Source: the human T2T-CHM13v2.0 reference genome, Homo sapiens. From it: 64,000 nt of DNA. Positions 1 to 13,129 of the stretch are shown here, piece after piece. A program made the position numbers and the translations under genes. The stretch lies in assembly GCF_009914755.1 (NCBI RefSeq), contig NC_060937.1; one strand, written 5' to 3'. How positions within the stretch are numbered: the first letter of the stretch is position 1; every line of letters starts with the position of its first letter. The notes beneath the pieces were generated by a model. It was not told the DNA's origin. It ran no database searches and was given only the letters and a program-made list of their open reading frames with translations.

Positions 1-75
1 ACCACTAAAGAACTTACTCATGTAACCAAACACCACTTGTATCCCCAATAATTTATGGAAAAATTCTTAAAAAGA
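1..75 (+). mobile_element. L1 3' end fragment (L1PB/L1MA-like)
   Basis: ACTAAAGAACTTACTCATGTAACCAAACACCAC...TATGGAAAAA resembles an L1 3'UTR terminus and is followed by an A-rich tail. Confidence 0.7.
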
Positions 76-1186
76 AGATATTATAAATGACCTTTTGATC
101 CATAGAGAAATATGTTAGGTACTTTACCCTGATTATAAAAAGAAACATATTTATATTTGTGGTCCCGTAATTTTTCCTATTCCAAATCAATGGGGGCATT
201 ATATGCAACTATTATTTTACTATTGGTTTTGGTAAGAAAGATAAACTTTGTTCAGGAGAGTCCAACATGCAAAGTTTCTAATGTAAGTGCATCATTTTAG
301 ACACACATCCCTTTTGTAATCCTTGTGCGTCCCATTTCTCACTTCCCTGGCTATGTTGAACTATTTGGCATTTTGTAATTACCAGTTCATAAGTTTCTGT
401 TTGATTGAATTAAGTAGTTTCTGTTTACATCAAAAATAAAATGTAGTAAAATAAACATCTAACCGAATTATTGCTGAAACCCACCACTGATTTGCTAACT
501 AGTGAGGGAGTATGAACATCATTTCATGAGTATAGTGATAAAAATATTGATTTGTAAATGTTCTGATATAATACATTTTAATAAACTTTTTGTTAGATTT
601 TTACTTATTGACACAATTCTCATTTCTCAGAACCTTTTTGCAGTCGGGAATATATATTAGGAAATATTTAATGACTCTCTTGAAATATAATATTGAATTA
701 CACCCTGAAAATAGAATAGAATTTCTGGTTAATGGTCAAAATGCTTTTTCTGTTATCACCAACTGCATTTATTTTTTATTCATAATGAATCCAACTATGA
801 TGACTGGTTCAGGAAATCATGAGGAAGACAAATAGTTTCTGTCTGTCTCAGCAACTTTCTTGATGCTATAGATTAGATTTCCCACTTGTATACAAACTCT
901 TTCTTGCCTATAGACATGGCTTTTAAATGTTATATAAATGAACAAATAGTAAAATTATTTTAGATAGGCAACATATGGGCCTATAATATTTTTTCCTCGT
1001 AGACACATACCCATTTCAAGAGGTATCTATTTATTTTAAACTGTATTGTGTTGAAGAAGTATAATTAAAACCAAAATTTTCTCCTAACCCCCAAATCCTC
1101 TCTACAAAGGTAGAAAAGAAAGAAAACACTTTTATTATTGAGTATTGAATCAGAATGTGATGTGCCTCACAGGCAGTCTACTAAGA

Positions 1187-1569
1187 CAGGGGTCCCCAAA
1201 CACCAGGCCTGAGACTGGTACTGGCCTGTTAAGAACTGGGGTGCACAGCAGGAGGTTAGCGCCAGGCAAGGAAGAGAAGCTTCATCTGTATTTACAGCTT
1301 CTCCCCATTGTTCACATTACCGCCTGAGCTCTGCCTCCTGCCAGATCAGCAGAAGCATTAGATTCTCACTGGACTCTATTGTGAACTGTGCATGTGAGGG
1401 GTTTAGGTTGTTTGTGACTTTTGAGAATCTAACCTGATTCTCTGAGGTGGATAATCTGATAATCTGAGGTGGAATAGTTTTATCCCGAAACCCCCCTCTG
1501 ACCCCCATCCATGGAAATATTGTCTTCCATGAAACTGGTCCCTGGTACCAAAAAGGTTAGGTACTGCTG
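1187..1569. mobile_element. MER1A (hAT-Charlie) non-autonomous DNA transposon
   Basis: Starts CAGGGGTCCCCAA and ends AAAAAGGTTAGGTACTGCTG, with internal GAAGCTTCATCTGTATTTACAGC. 8-bp TSD TACTAAGA (1179-1186) / CACTAAGA (1570-1577). Confidence 0.85.
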
Positions 1570-1849
1570 CACTAAGAGATTTCAAGAGCAGAAGGAATGC
1601 TCACTCATTTATATAGTGAAGCATACACAACTAACTGCATACACGTCTTCAACATAAACTTCTGCACTCACCCTCAGGTAAGAAAATAACTAGTCCTCAA
1701 GTAAGAAACTTGATAGCACTATTTGTCACACATAGTACATTGTAACTTTACCCAGTAATTGGAGTGACCATCTGTATTAACTAGTTTTATCCAGAGGAAA
1801 AATGAACTTCTCATATCTTTATGATAGGAAATAATTTTGCAAATTTTAG

Positions 1850-2954
1850 TGACACAGGATTTTTCTTGGTCACTTTGCCAGCCGAGACCTCTGGCTGGTG
1901 ACACCCCTGCCTGTGCCTTGCTTGGGCTTGAGTTCACCGCAGGAGATGACCTGTCTACTCAGCTGCTGGGCTGCACCTGGCTTGTACTCCAGCATGGATC
2001 TCTTGGCTGCTGTGACTACACACTCTGCCCCTGGCTGGAGGGGGTGTGTAAGTGAGCAAGTGTGGGGTCTGGCCAGCTGTTCCAAGCACCAGCACAAGAG
2101 CAAGCTCCACACAGCACTTGCGGGTGGACCAGGCATGTCACAAACAACTGCCACAGTGGACTCTGGCGTCCAGATGAGGGGAATGTAGTGGCTCCCAGGC
2201 AGGAGTGCCCGTGACCCTGAAGCCCCAGAGTGGGTATTACAGAGTGCTAATTAGCTGTTTTATTCCCTCCCTCTGCAGCCTGACAGAGGGCAGCACATTA
2301 ACATCTCTGTCATCCCCTTGCTCTGCTATGGCCTGTGGCTCCAGGGCTGGCTTGGCCCTGCTGCTTCCCATTGTGTGGGGCAGATTCCCTCTGACAGTGG
2401 TGGTCAGAGGAGGCACAGTGTTACAGCCTTCTTTGTACCCATGTTCGGTAGGTCCCGAGTTCTTATCCTGCATCCAAGAAGAATGAGGTTACACTGACAA
2501 TCGAAGGGTGAGGAGGGTGGAGAAGAATTTTATTGAGCGACAAAACAGCTCTCAGTGGAGAGAGAATGCGAGGGTGGTCCCTCACCCAAAGTCCAGTGGT
2601 CTCTCTTCCAGTGTGGCTGGGTCAGGGGCTTTTATGAGCTCAGAATGGGGAGTGTGTGCTAATTGCTTTGTGAGTGTGCAAAAAAGGCTAAAACAAAGGC
2701 ACCACTCAAAGGTCAGCATGACAGTGTAAAAAGCCAATTGTGGAGGGTAGGTATATGTAAAATAGGTGGAGGATGAGGATCAATCATAGGATAGCATGCC
2801 AAATGGAAAGAGAGGTTCTCAATCCAGTCCGTGGATTTATCTGAGACTTGTAGCTTGGTCTTCAGTCTTTAAACTGCCTTTGGTTTGAAGGTGGGGTTTT
2901 ACTAGTGACCTGCCCCTATCTGCCTAGGCATTTGTCTGCCTCCTACTACTATCA
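1850..2954 (-). mobile_element. MER52-family ERV1 LTR
   Basis: Minus strand begins TGATAGTAGTAGGAGGCAGACAAATGCCTAGGCAGATAGGGGCAGG. GC-rich body with TG/CA ends. Confidence 0.75.
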
Positions 2955-5089
2955 GGATCAAGGTATCCACTAAAGTTATGCTCCTACCCTCCCCCAGTAA
3001 CTGGGATATATGGGTGTATCTACTTTGATGCTTACATTTCAAATGGGTGACTCTCAAATCCTTAAGAACAGCATTCCTAGGTTTTAAAGCTGACAAAGTC
3101 CTATCTAGTTTTTGAAAGGATTTATATACATTTGAGGAAGGAGAACGTATATACAGTTACCAGTTTTCTAACTTAAATGCTCTAAGAAACTGGGAAGGAA
3201 ATTCTCTTCCTTTATTTTCAACTGGGAAAATTAAGCCCCTGTGCTAACTTTTATTTGTCCATACAATCATTCCCATAACATCTCATAATATTCACATAGG
3301 AAAAGACAGTCTTCATGAATTGATTGTAATTTAGTGTTTCCTTCAAAATTCACTCATTTTCCCTTAACTACAATACTACCATAGAGGGCACCACTATAAT
3401 AGTAAAGACAAAACTAACAACAACAACAAAGTCTAAAAGGCAAACAGTGTAGTTGTTTTCTTAAATGAGGCAACCATGGCATGCTCAGGGAAAGATTACT
3501 CCATGGTGTCAGAGGCTAGGCATTTTTCCAGCTCTACCGCCAAGTGTGCTGTTGTACATATCACTCAACACCTATAAAAGACAGATTTAGTCAAATAATT
3601 TCTGATATTTGGCTATTTGGTCTTGTTCATAACCAGATTTTGCCCCCAAAATATACACATATGCTAACCTTTTGCTGGTATCCTCAAAGAAATTAATGAG
3701 ACCATTCTTAATATTCCAATACATATTTCTGAAATGTTTTCCTTTTTAATTTTTCTTGGAAGGTGTGATATCTTTTTTTTTTTTTTTTGGTTCCAAGAAC
3801 ACCAGGGGTTAGCATTTCATGGTAGCACAGGCCAGAATCACAGCACCTGCTTTTTATGTTTTTGTTTCTTTATTGTCATACATGTATTTTCTTATAGGTT
3901 ATTCGGGAAAGAGGGTGCATATTGCACCCATAAAACAGCAGAGGTAAAGAGGAAAAATCCGAAAGGTCGATGGAACATTGGTGGAGTTATTTTCATCAGA
4001 GAAAAACAGACAATGTATCCTTTTAACAAGTCCAAAACTGTCGGTTTGTTGTGTGAAACACAACTGAAAAGAATACCGTAGAGGAAGGAATCCAAATGGG
4101 AGAAAGGGAATGCTCATTAACATGCCATTTAAATGCTCCTTGAAGAAAAAATACAAATACAAAAGTAAAAGAATTGTTGTTTAAAAGGATTTTTCTAACT
4201 TTTATCAAAAACATGTAAAAGAGAAGAATACAGCCACTTCAAATTTGAATCTGACAACACTTCCATAATGCAATGCTTATTGAGGAACTACTGAACACCA
4301 TGACACCTTCCCATGGTTTTCTACCTCACCTTTAAAATGAGGTCAAGCTATCCTTGACAACCAGGCCCAGTGTTCTTTTAAAAATGCTACAAGAAGGAGG
4401 ACTGCTGTTTCTTGTACCTGAAAGGTTATTTAATTGAATATTGGAAGGCATCTTAAAAGATAAGTAATTTTGCTCTCACCCAAGGAGAAAAGTTAAAACA
4501 AATGCCACATGGTTAATCCTGTTTTCCATGTTTCCAAGAAAAACATAAGAATATATTAATAAGATGCCTAAAATTGAAATTCTTCAAATTAGAATCTAAA
4601 TTGACTGAAATACTTACACATCTAGTTTCTAAAATATATACATCCTAGTATCCTAATATTTAAAAATAAAGCCACTTATTCATATTTTAAGAGGTGCCTT
4701 CCTCACCTCTCTAATACTTCATCATTTCTAAATATATAAATAATAGCATATCCTTGATGATTTATGTTTAGAGTTGCAATTATGCAAAAACTATAGATTA
4801 GAAAAATAATAAAAATAAACTGCATTTTTTTCTGCTGTTGGAAATACTTTACAGAGGGTTTAGTACGGCAAGACTGTGCCAAAGATTTGATAAACGTTGT
4901 TATTCAATATTTATGACATTTCTGAAACAGAGGCATTATTTTCTTCATTTACAGAAGAGAGAATTGAGGTTCATAGGTTTATTTCACGAAATAACTTCCC
5001 AAATAATCTGAAATGATGCATGATGAAGCCCCTGGCTCCTCAGCAGCTTCTTCTCACAGCATGTTCTCCTGAGAACATTGTTTTTCTTT

Positions 5090-5490
5090 TAAGTTCTCTA
5101 GCACTCCAGGTTATTCCAGGCCTCAAGGGCTTCTCCCTCCAAACTCACCTAACTGCAGTATGCCTACCTTGATTAATTTCTAGTCATTATTTAGACCTGA
5201 AGTCACCTGTAATTTTCCCAGGCAAGACTTGCCTAACATGCAACAGAGATTAGACCATCTCTTGTCTCTCAGACTACTCTATATGCTTTTTCAAAGTGCC
5301 TACCAGAAATTCCAATAACTCAGTTGCTATTTATTTATCCAATGTGTGTCTTTTCTGGGCTAGAATGTAAGTACTATGAGGTCAGGGGCTGAATCTGCCT
5401 TGCTCATTGCTATATCTTCATTATGTAGCACAATGTCTTATATTCAGTAAATATTGTTTAAAAGAGTAAGTGGATGAATAAATAGATGAA
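5090..5490 (+). mobile_element. L2 3' end fragment
   Basis: CTAGAATGTAAGTACTATGAGGTCAGGG...TCAGTAAATATTG...GAATAAATAGATGAA resembles the L2 terminus. Confidence 0.65.
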
Positions 5491-8342
5491 TCTAAAATTC
5501 AATTGCACAATTCAAATTTTTTTCTCCACACCTCACACCTAAAACCAGCAAACTAGGCTAACAATGTGACTAACCTTCTAGAACAAAAACAGTTATTTTA
5601 TATGAAAATGAGGAACACAAATCTTATTCTAGGATGAGTTTCATTTGCTCTTGGGAGAAGAAATCTTTTAGAAACACAGCTTTGATTTTAAAATGTAATT
5701 ATGTTAATGATCCCTATTATAAATAACTCCTTAATTTTTGGCGAGCCAAAAACTACGTTAAATTAGCTTTTGTATTGATGTTAATATAAGAAGGTCAAAG
5801 GAGTTTTCATTCATTGTAGTGGTAAACACTCTTCTGACCTGTGCCACTGTGAAATTTTAACCCCTGAAGTCCTTAGAACAAAAAATGTGTCATGCCTTCC
5901 AAGAAAAATGAAAAAGAAAACATTTAGGAGATACGTATTGGAATATTATAAATGGTCTCATCAATTTCTTTTACCAACAAAAGGTTAGCATGTATGTGTG
6001 TATTTTGGGGGCAAAATATAATGGTAAAGACCAAAGAAGCATCAGCTATCAGAAATCTTCTGGGTTAAGCCCATTATTTATAGCCATTGAGTCATGCCAT
6101 CATGGGGACATCTGGTATTGAACTGGCTCATTTCTGCAGCCAGAGCACATGTTGGTGATAATGCAGCCCCAGCCCAGAGGACTTTTTTTCCCTTGCTTGC
6201 TTGAAAACTGTAGGCAAGCTTTGTCCCACACAACCTAATGAATTTCTTCACTGGCCAACTAGGTCTTAACCTTATCCTGGCAAGGTGCTGGGGGCTGTGG
6301 GAGGCCGTGCTAAGTATACACTTCCTTAGGTACTTTTTCTTAGCCCTAGGAAAAGGTAGAACAACATTTTAGGCTATACTTGAGTCATCTTTTCCTCTTT
6401 ATGGTAAAATTCTACCATAGCTTAGTAATTTTTTATATAAAAAAACTTTATTTAAATGACTATGTGGCTCTGTCTGCTGATTTGATCCAGACACATATAT
6501 TGTCCATATACAATATAATAAAGAACATCTTTTTGCAACAATTTTTAATGCCATAAATGGCTATAATAGCTGGCATGAATTTTTTTAAGTGATGTTAAGT
6601 CCTAGGTCAGGAATCCAGCTCAGAATGATAAGCATTTTTTCTCCAGGGGGAAAACAATCATACACATAGTGACAATATATTTTATTTCATTGTATCACTG
6701 AGAAAAGCTTTGACTTTAAATATAAATGGGATGTCATACTTTCATACTATAAGAAGAATGTTATTTAGAAGCAAGTATAAAAACTACTTCTTTCACCTAA
6801 GTAGTAATGAATCAAAAGTGAGAGCCTTTGTAAATATGTGCATATGAAAAATGTTGAGATTGTATATCTAAATTTATAGCCTTCAGATAGTATTCTAATT
6901 AGAGACTAGGTAGAAAGCACAGCACAATTTTTGTTCAACATATGAATACAGGTAATTTTTTCTTAAAATTGTATCAGTACAACTGATTTACAATGCATTT
7001 TTTCTTTATTGGAGTGACATAATTGCCTCTCTATTAGCTATCATACAGCAGTTGCTCTCTAGCCAATCTAAGACTTGTAAGTGGAGAAAGAGTTTAAGTT
7101 GGATAGATGTGGGAGACTAAAAATCAACACTGAGATAAAATCAGCTCTTGGAAATTGAACAAGAATCAAATGATGAAAATCCAGTTACACAGTCAAAGCA
7201 TTTTATCTAGAGAATACAAGCATGAATACTGGACAGTAATGGATCAAGCCAGGCAGACAGATAGGCAGGCATCATAGTGGTGTCAGGGAAATCCAGCAAG
7301 AGTGTCAGTGTTAGGTGCCAAGTAACTTAAAAGTAAGTACCAAAGCAGAGATTCTAGAGAGGATTACAAGAGTGCCAAGGAAATTGGAGAAAAGTATCAT
7401 AATTCTGACTTCAAGACAGATTGGAATAGAGACTCCCTAAGATGATGGTACTAAAATGCTGAAAGGATGGGAGAAATGTGCAGGAAATCCAAACCAAGAC
7501 CTAGGCATGAGATTCAATGAGAGAGAGAGAGAGAGAGTTGTTTTATATAGAATATAGCATGGCTTTATCTCAATAAACGAAATCAGGAAGGAGAATATGA
7601 CTACGAGAAAAGAATGGGATCAGCAAAAAATTACCTATTATCCAGCATAGCTCAGATAGATAATTTTACTGTTCCATGTAGTATAATGGATCACTTGATA
7701 AAATTCAGCTGTTACATAGTCTGGACTGAAGGGTGGAAATGGCATACTCACACATCTGGCAACTCATTAGGTATATACAAAAGATTGAGTCCAGCTGGGG
7801 CTGACAACAAAATACCTGGATTTGGCCCCTTTAGTATGGCAGCCACAAAGTAGTCACATAAACTTACATGTTGGGTCAAGGTGCCAAGAGTAATTGTTTC
7901 AGTGAACAAGGTGAATGTCTTTATCTCAATAAACAAAATCAGGAAGGAGGATATGACTACGAGGGAAAAACTGAATTGGCAAAAATTTACCTCAGTGTAG
8001 AAATGCTGATTTGCTGAACTGGAGCTTTAAAATTCTATATGGCTGGAATCTGTCTTGATCCTGGAACTGGATTTACCCTAGTGGGGAAGATAGTGTGAAA
8101 TTTTTTCTCGTTATAACTATATGGAATGAGACTAAATGAGGGCAGATAAAATGTAGGGCTTTAAATCTCCATCACAGAAATAACACATTTTTATTTCAAA
8201 GTCCACTAAGAATTATAATTATGTTTATTATCTTCATATGTGAGCAGAATCTAAAACTGTTAGCTACCTAGTAGAAGAAAAGGAAATAAATGGAAATAAA
8301 CAGAAGAAAGAACTAACAAAAACATTGTTAACTTTCATAAGT

Positions 8343-8492
8343 TGATATGGTTTGGATCTGTGTTCCACTCAAATTTCATGTTCAGTTTTAATACTCAGTG
8401 TCGGAGGTGGGGCCTGATGGGAGGTGATTGGATCATGAGGGCAATTTCTAATGGTTTAACACCATCCCCTTGGGTGCTGTTCTCGTTGTGTG
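8343..8492 (+). mobile_element. MSTA/MSTB LTR 5' fragment (truncated)
   Basis: TGATATGGTTTGGATCTGTG...GGAGGTGGGGCCTGATGGGAGGTGATTGGATCATG. Confidence 0.75.
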
Positions 8493-8959
8493 ACCTTTTA
8501 CAACCTAGCATCACTTACTCCATACTCTATTTTGTTTAAGCAGTCGCAGCCATGCACATATTCAAGTGCAGAGGGTATAGACATGAATGTCCACAAAAGA
8601 AGTTTCAAATAATTCACTACCGTGCTGAAAAACCACTAGAGTTTATTGACCTGGCCACAAAATTATTGATATTCCTTTATTGTGGAAGAAACGTAAAAAG
8701 TCTCTCTATTATGATATGAGGCTTAGATTCAAAGTCCAGCATCTCATCAGCAAAATCAGGTCTAGCTTCATAAGAAGTACCTTGGATTCTTTTCCTCGAG
8801 TATAAAGTTACTTTTAGTCTGAAGACCGGTGAACTGAAGAGACAAATCTTTCCACCAACATGCCCAAAGACGAGAAAAGCAGAGGATAACTACAGTAAAC
8901 ACTCTTGTTCCATAAGGAGAAAAATGGAAAGCACGCAGCCATCACTTTCCCAGGGCAAG

Positions 8960-9346
<387 letters not shown>

Positions 9347-12300
9347 CCCATGGCAATTCTTAAATACATCCTGGCACATGCTTACATCGCCTTGATTGGG
9401 ACTCATTCCCGATTCCTATGTATAACTCTTGGCTTTTTTCTTGCCCTCTGAAAACTTCCTTTTCCACATAATATAGCCTTTTTCACTAAAACATTTCCCT
9501 TAATGACTAGTTTTCTTAGATTACTTACTGCCTATAGATATTGGGATATCTAATGGCCTCCTTAAATATTGTTTACTCTGTCTCTTTCAGTTTATGTTAC
9601 TATAATTAAAAAAAAAATCCTCATGAGGTTTTTGCATGTTAATTCCCAATCTAGTCAATTGATCAAAAAAAAAAAACAAAACACACACACACTCAGGAAC
9701 CTTTTTGAGATACACCCTTCTTTGTCTTGGTTTCCCTATGAGATTGTTGTTTATGCACTGAAGAATCTAAAGATCTATTGTCCACCCTAAAGCATCCAAG
9801 TGACATGCTCTTAGAGGCCTCTTTTTCTTTTGGTAACTGCCAGTGTATATGAGATACAGCATTAGATCCTTCAGAAGTCATAACAAAGGATCTCACAGCC
9901 ACAGCCTTGATTCATTAAGGCTGTGCTCCACTGGCAGTGCCCTATAGTTATTTGATCTTTACCCTGGGGCCATCTCTTATTTGAGAGCGACTCCTTGGTT
10001 GGAAAGATTCTCTTAAGCCCCTTACATTAACTCCATATTGTACTAGAATCAAACAGTTGATTACTTAGTTCATTTCTATTTTTTCTTATTTTGTCATAGA
10101 CAGCTGGAAGAAACCAGGTGGTATCTTCAACACTATGCCCAGAAATCATCTTAACTAGATTATCAAGTTCATTAAGTACATTTTATATTTTTCAGGTTAC
10201 TTCAGGTGGCAGTATTATGAACTTTATGCCAGCTCCCAGTATTTTCTTTTCTTTTCAATCTCCTTTAATCTTTTCATACTAGTCACTTCAGTCCTTATCA
10301 GATTTTTACACACTGCCCTGTTCCCAAACAAAGCCACACAGTTTAGATTTTTTAATGGTAGCACCTCACTACAAGGTACTAAATTATGTTTATCTATTCG
10401 TGCATTTTTTAAAAACCTACCCAAAACTGAACTGCCTAAAACAACAATGAATTTATTTTATCTTATAATATTGTGAATCAATAATTCAGCAGCATCCAAA
10501 CGGTTAATTGCTCTATTTCATGTAGTGTTGACTGATCATTCAAGGGTATTCGGCTGACAGATGGGTTGGAATGAAAAGCCCAAAACTATTTCAGTCACAT
10601 GATGCTTCATTGGGAATGGCTGGAAGGCCAGCCTCACCTTGAATCATCAAGAAGAATCTCTGCAGGTAACCTCTCCAGCATGGCAAAGTAACAGGTCCCT
10701 GAGAGCAGGGGGACTCTCACTGGGTGCCTCAGAGCTTTAAGAGCAGTGACTTCAGCTATCACCTCTTGGATGGGAGGGATGAAAAATATTTTTGGTCCTG
10801 GTTTAAAAATGCCAAAATTGGGCTGGATGATAAGTAACATAAATTTTGTTTTGAAAAATCTGTTTCAAAAACACAATAAAGATTTAGCATGACTATGAAA
10901 TAAAAACATTTTAACTTCCCATAAGTTATAAACACCTACGACTGTGGAAGCATTAAATAGTCTACAACATTTATTTTTCAAAAGATTTAATTCCAAGCCG
11001 CTGAAAAAAACATTTATAGCTGAGATCGGGTGGAAAATATCTAAAAATATATATATTCGTGTTTCTGTAAAAACGGCAGTATTACTTATAATCTCTTGCC
11101 ATGAAACATGCTTTTATCCACTAAGGCTTATAAATAAAACAGAAAAACATGATTCTTAAAGTTGTATTTTTATTTAATTTATTTTGATAATATGAAAAAA
11201 ATTACTGCCAGAGAAGATGCTTTTAATATAAGTCATTATTTATGGTAATGTTACCAAACTCAATAAATAATATTCTCCTCTTGATATGGTTCCATGCGGT
11301 AGCTGAAATAATAAAAACATAGAAATGGGAATAATTCTAGAGATCATCTGGATTAAATCCTTTCAGCCACAGATGAAAGGACTGAGCCCTACAGAGACTA
11401 TGAAGCTTGTTCAAGACCTCTTAACTGGTTAATGGGCAGAGTCGAGGACTTTTTCTATGACCATGGTACTAACAGCTACAATGGCACCCTTGAGAGAAAT
11501 AAGCTCCTCAAATGCTACCGCAATTCCCTTGCAGTTTGTGAGTTCATTAATTTTCTGTAAAAACCCTTTCTTCATCTGTTGTACATAATTTTTAGACCAT
11601 CCTCACTGAGTTGAAACAAATTCTGATCAAGCAGAACTAGCAAAATTTTACTCTTTCATTATAGTTAAATAGAATAACAGATAACTGTGAATATATTCAT
11701 AAAAATAGTGAGGAGCTGCTAAATTTAAAAAATAAATTCATTGCTTTATTTCTTGTATCCAGTTTCAAGAATTATAGATTTTCTATGTGAGAATATATTT
11801 TAAAGCCAGTGTTTAAAATTATTTTAAGCACTGAAATATAAGCATACCACTTGAGAATGCATACATCCAGTGAAAAAGGTGTTCATTGGTTCTGAGAAAA
11901 AAAGAGAGAAATCTTTTTCATTTGCAATAATTATTATATAACATAAGCAATCATTATTAAAATTATATATATAATTACAATAATACATTATATTATGATA
12001 AATACAATAATACATTATAATAAATGTTATTTATATTGCAATATATAATATTTGCAATCATTATTATGTCCTACCTTATAAAAAACTGATATCTATTACT
12101 AAATTCTCTCTATAGATATGTAGATTGATCTATCTATCATTTTATCTCTCTAACTATTTATTTATATTCATCCCAGTTTGGTCTATACGCTATCATAAAA
12201 TATACCTGCATCCCCTTTTAGAAGGACATCTTCAAATATTTGAGGACAAATATCAAGTTGTGACTGTTTCATAATTTAAATATTCACAATTTTTTCCATC

Positions 12301-12827
12301 GGCAAAAATTCTAAAATAAGGAGGTATGCAAACGGAGTAAGGATGGACTACGCTGGACACCCAGCTAAGCAGACAGAATTTCTGTAGTTTGTCTGATTAG
12401 CCTCTAGTCTATTTCTCTCTACTCTTCTCATACAGTGCACATATCACTTATCTTTTTGCATTTCTTTTTTATTTTAAATACCTTTATACTATGTGTACAG
12501 TTATATTAAATCAAGATTTTTTTATGAAATACATTTGGGGTGATTTTTTCATGACAGGATTTGGACAATAAGGATTTAAAAAATTTTTATGGTTGGGTGG
12601 TATGCTTCAAGATAGAAAGATCCCACAAAATTATAAATCACTTAACTGAGTGAAGTTATTGTGAATAAACTGTTCCAAACTGAGGCCAAAGCTTGCATTT
12701 GTAGGACTACACTTCTAATCACTTTTGATTTTTTTAAACAAGTGGGTTTTAATTTTGATGGAAAAAAGTGGTTTGAATTGAGAAAGATAATGCAGTCTGC
12801 TGTAAACATCAATGTAATTATCTGTGA

Positions 12828-13129
<302 letters not shown>

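Larger units (their letters stand above)
1049..3265 (-). mobile_element. ERV1-class solo LTR (MER34/MER39-like) hosting two nested elements
   Basis: TG...CA termini and MER34/39-like internal motifs on both sides of the nested inserts. The flanks ATTG and ATCA fit a CpG-decayed 4-bp ATCG TSD. Confidence 0.55.

Noticed and set aside
1837-2729. Cluster of GC-rich ORFs resembling a gene or CpG island
   Set aside because: Lies essentially within the MER52 LTR.
3916-3932. GGGTGCA-TAT-TGCACCC hairpin within a 115-aa ORF
   Set aside because: A 7-bp stem is expected by chance in 64 kb. The ORF crosses a poly(T) run and resembles no protein I know.
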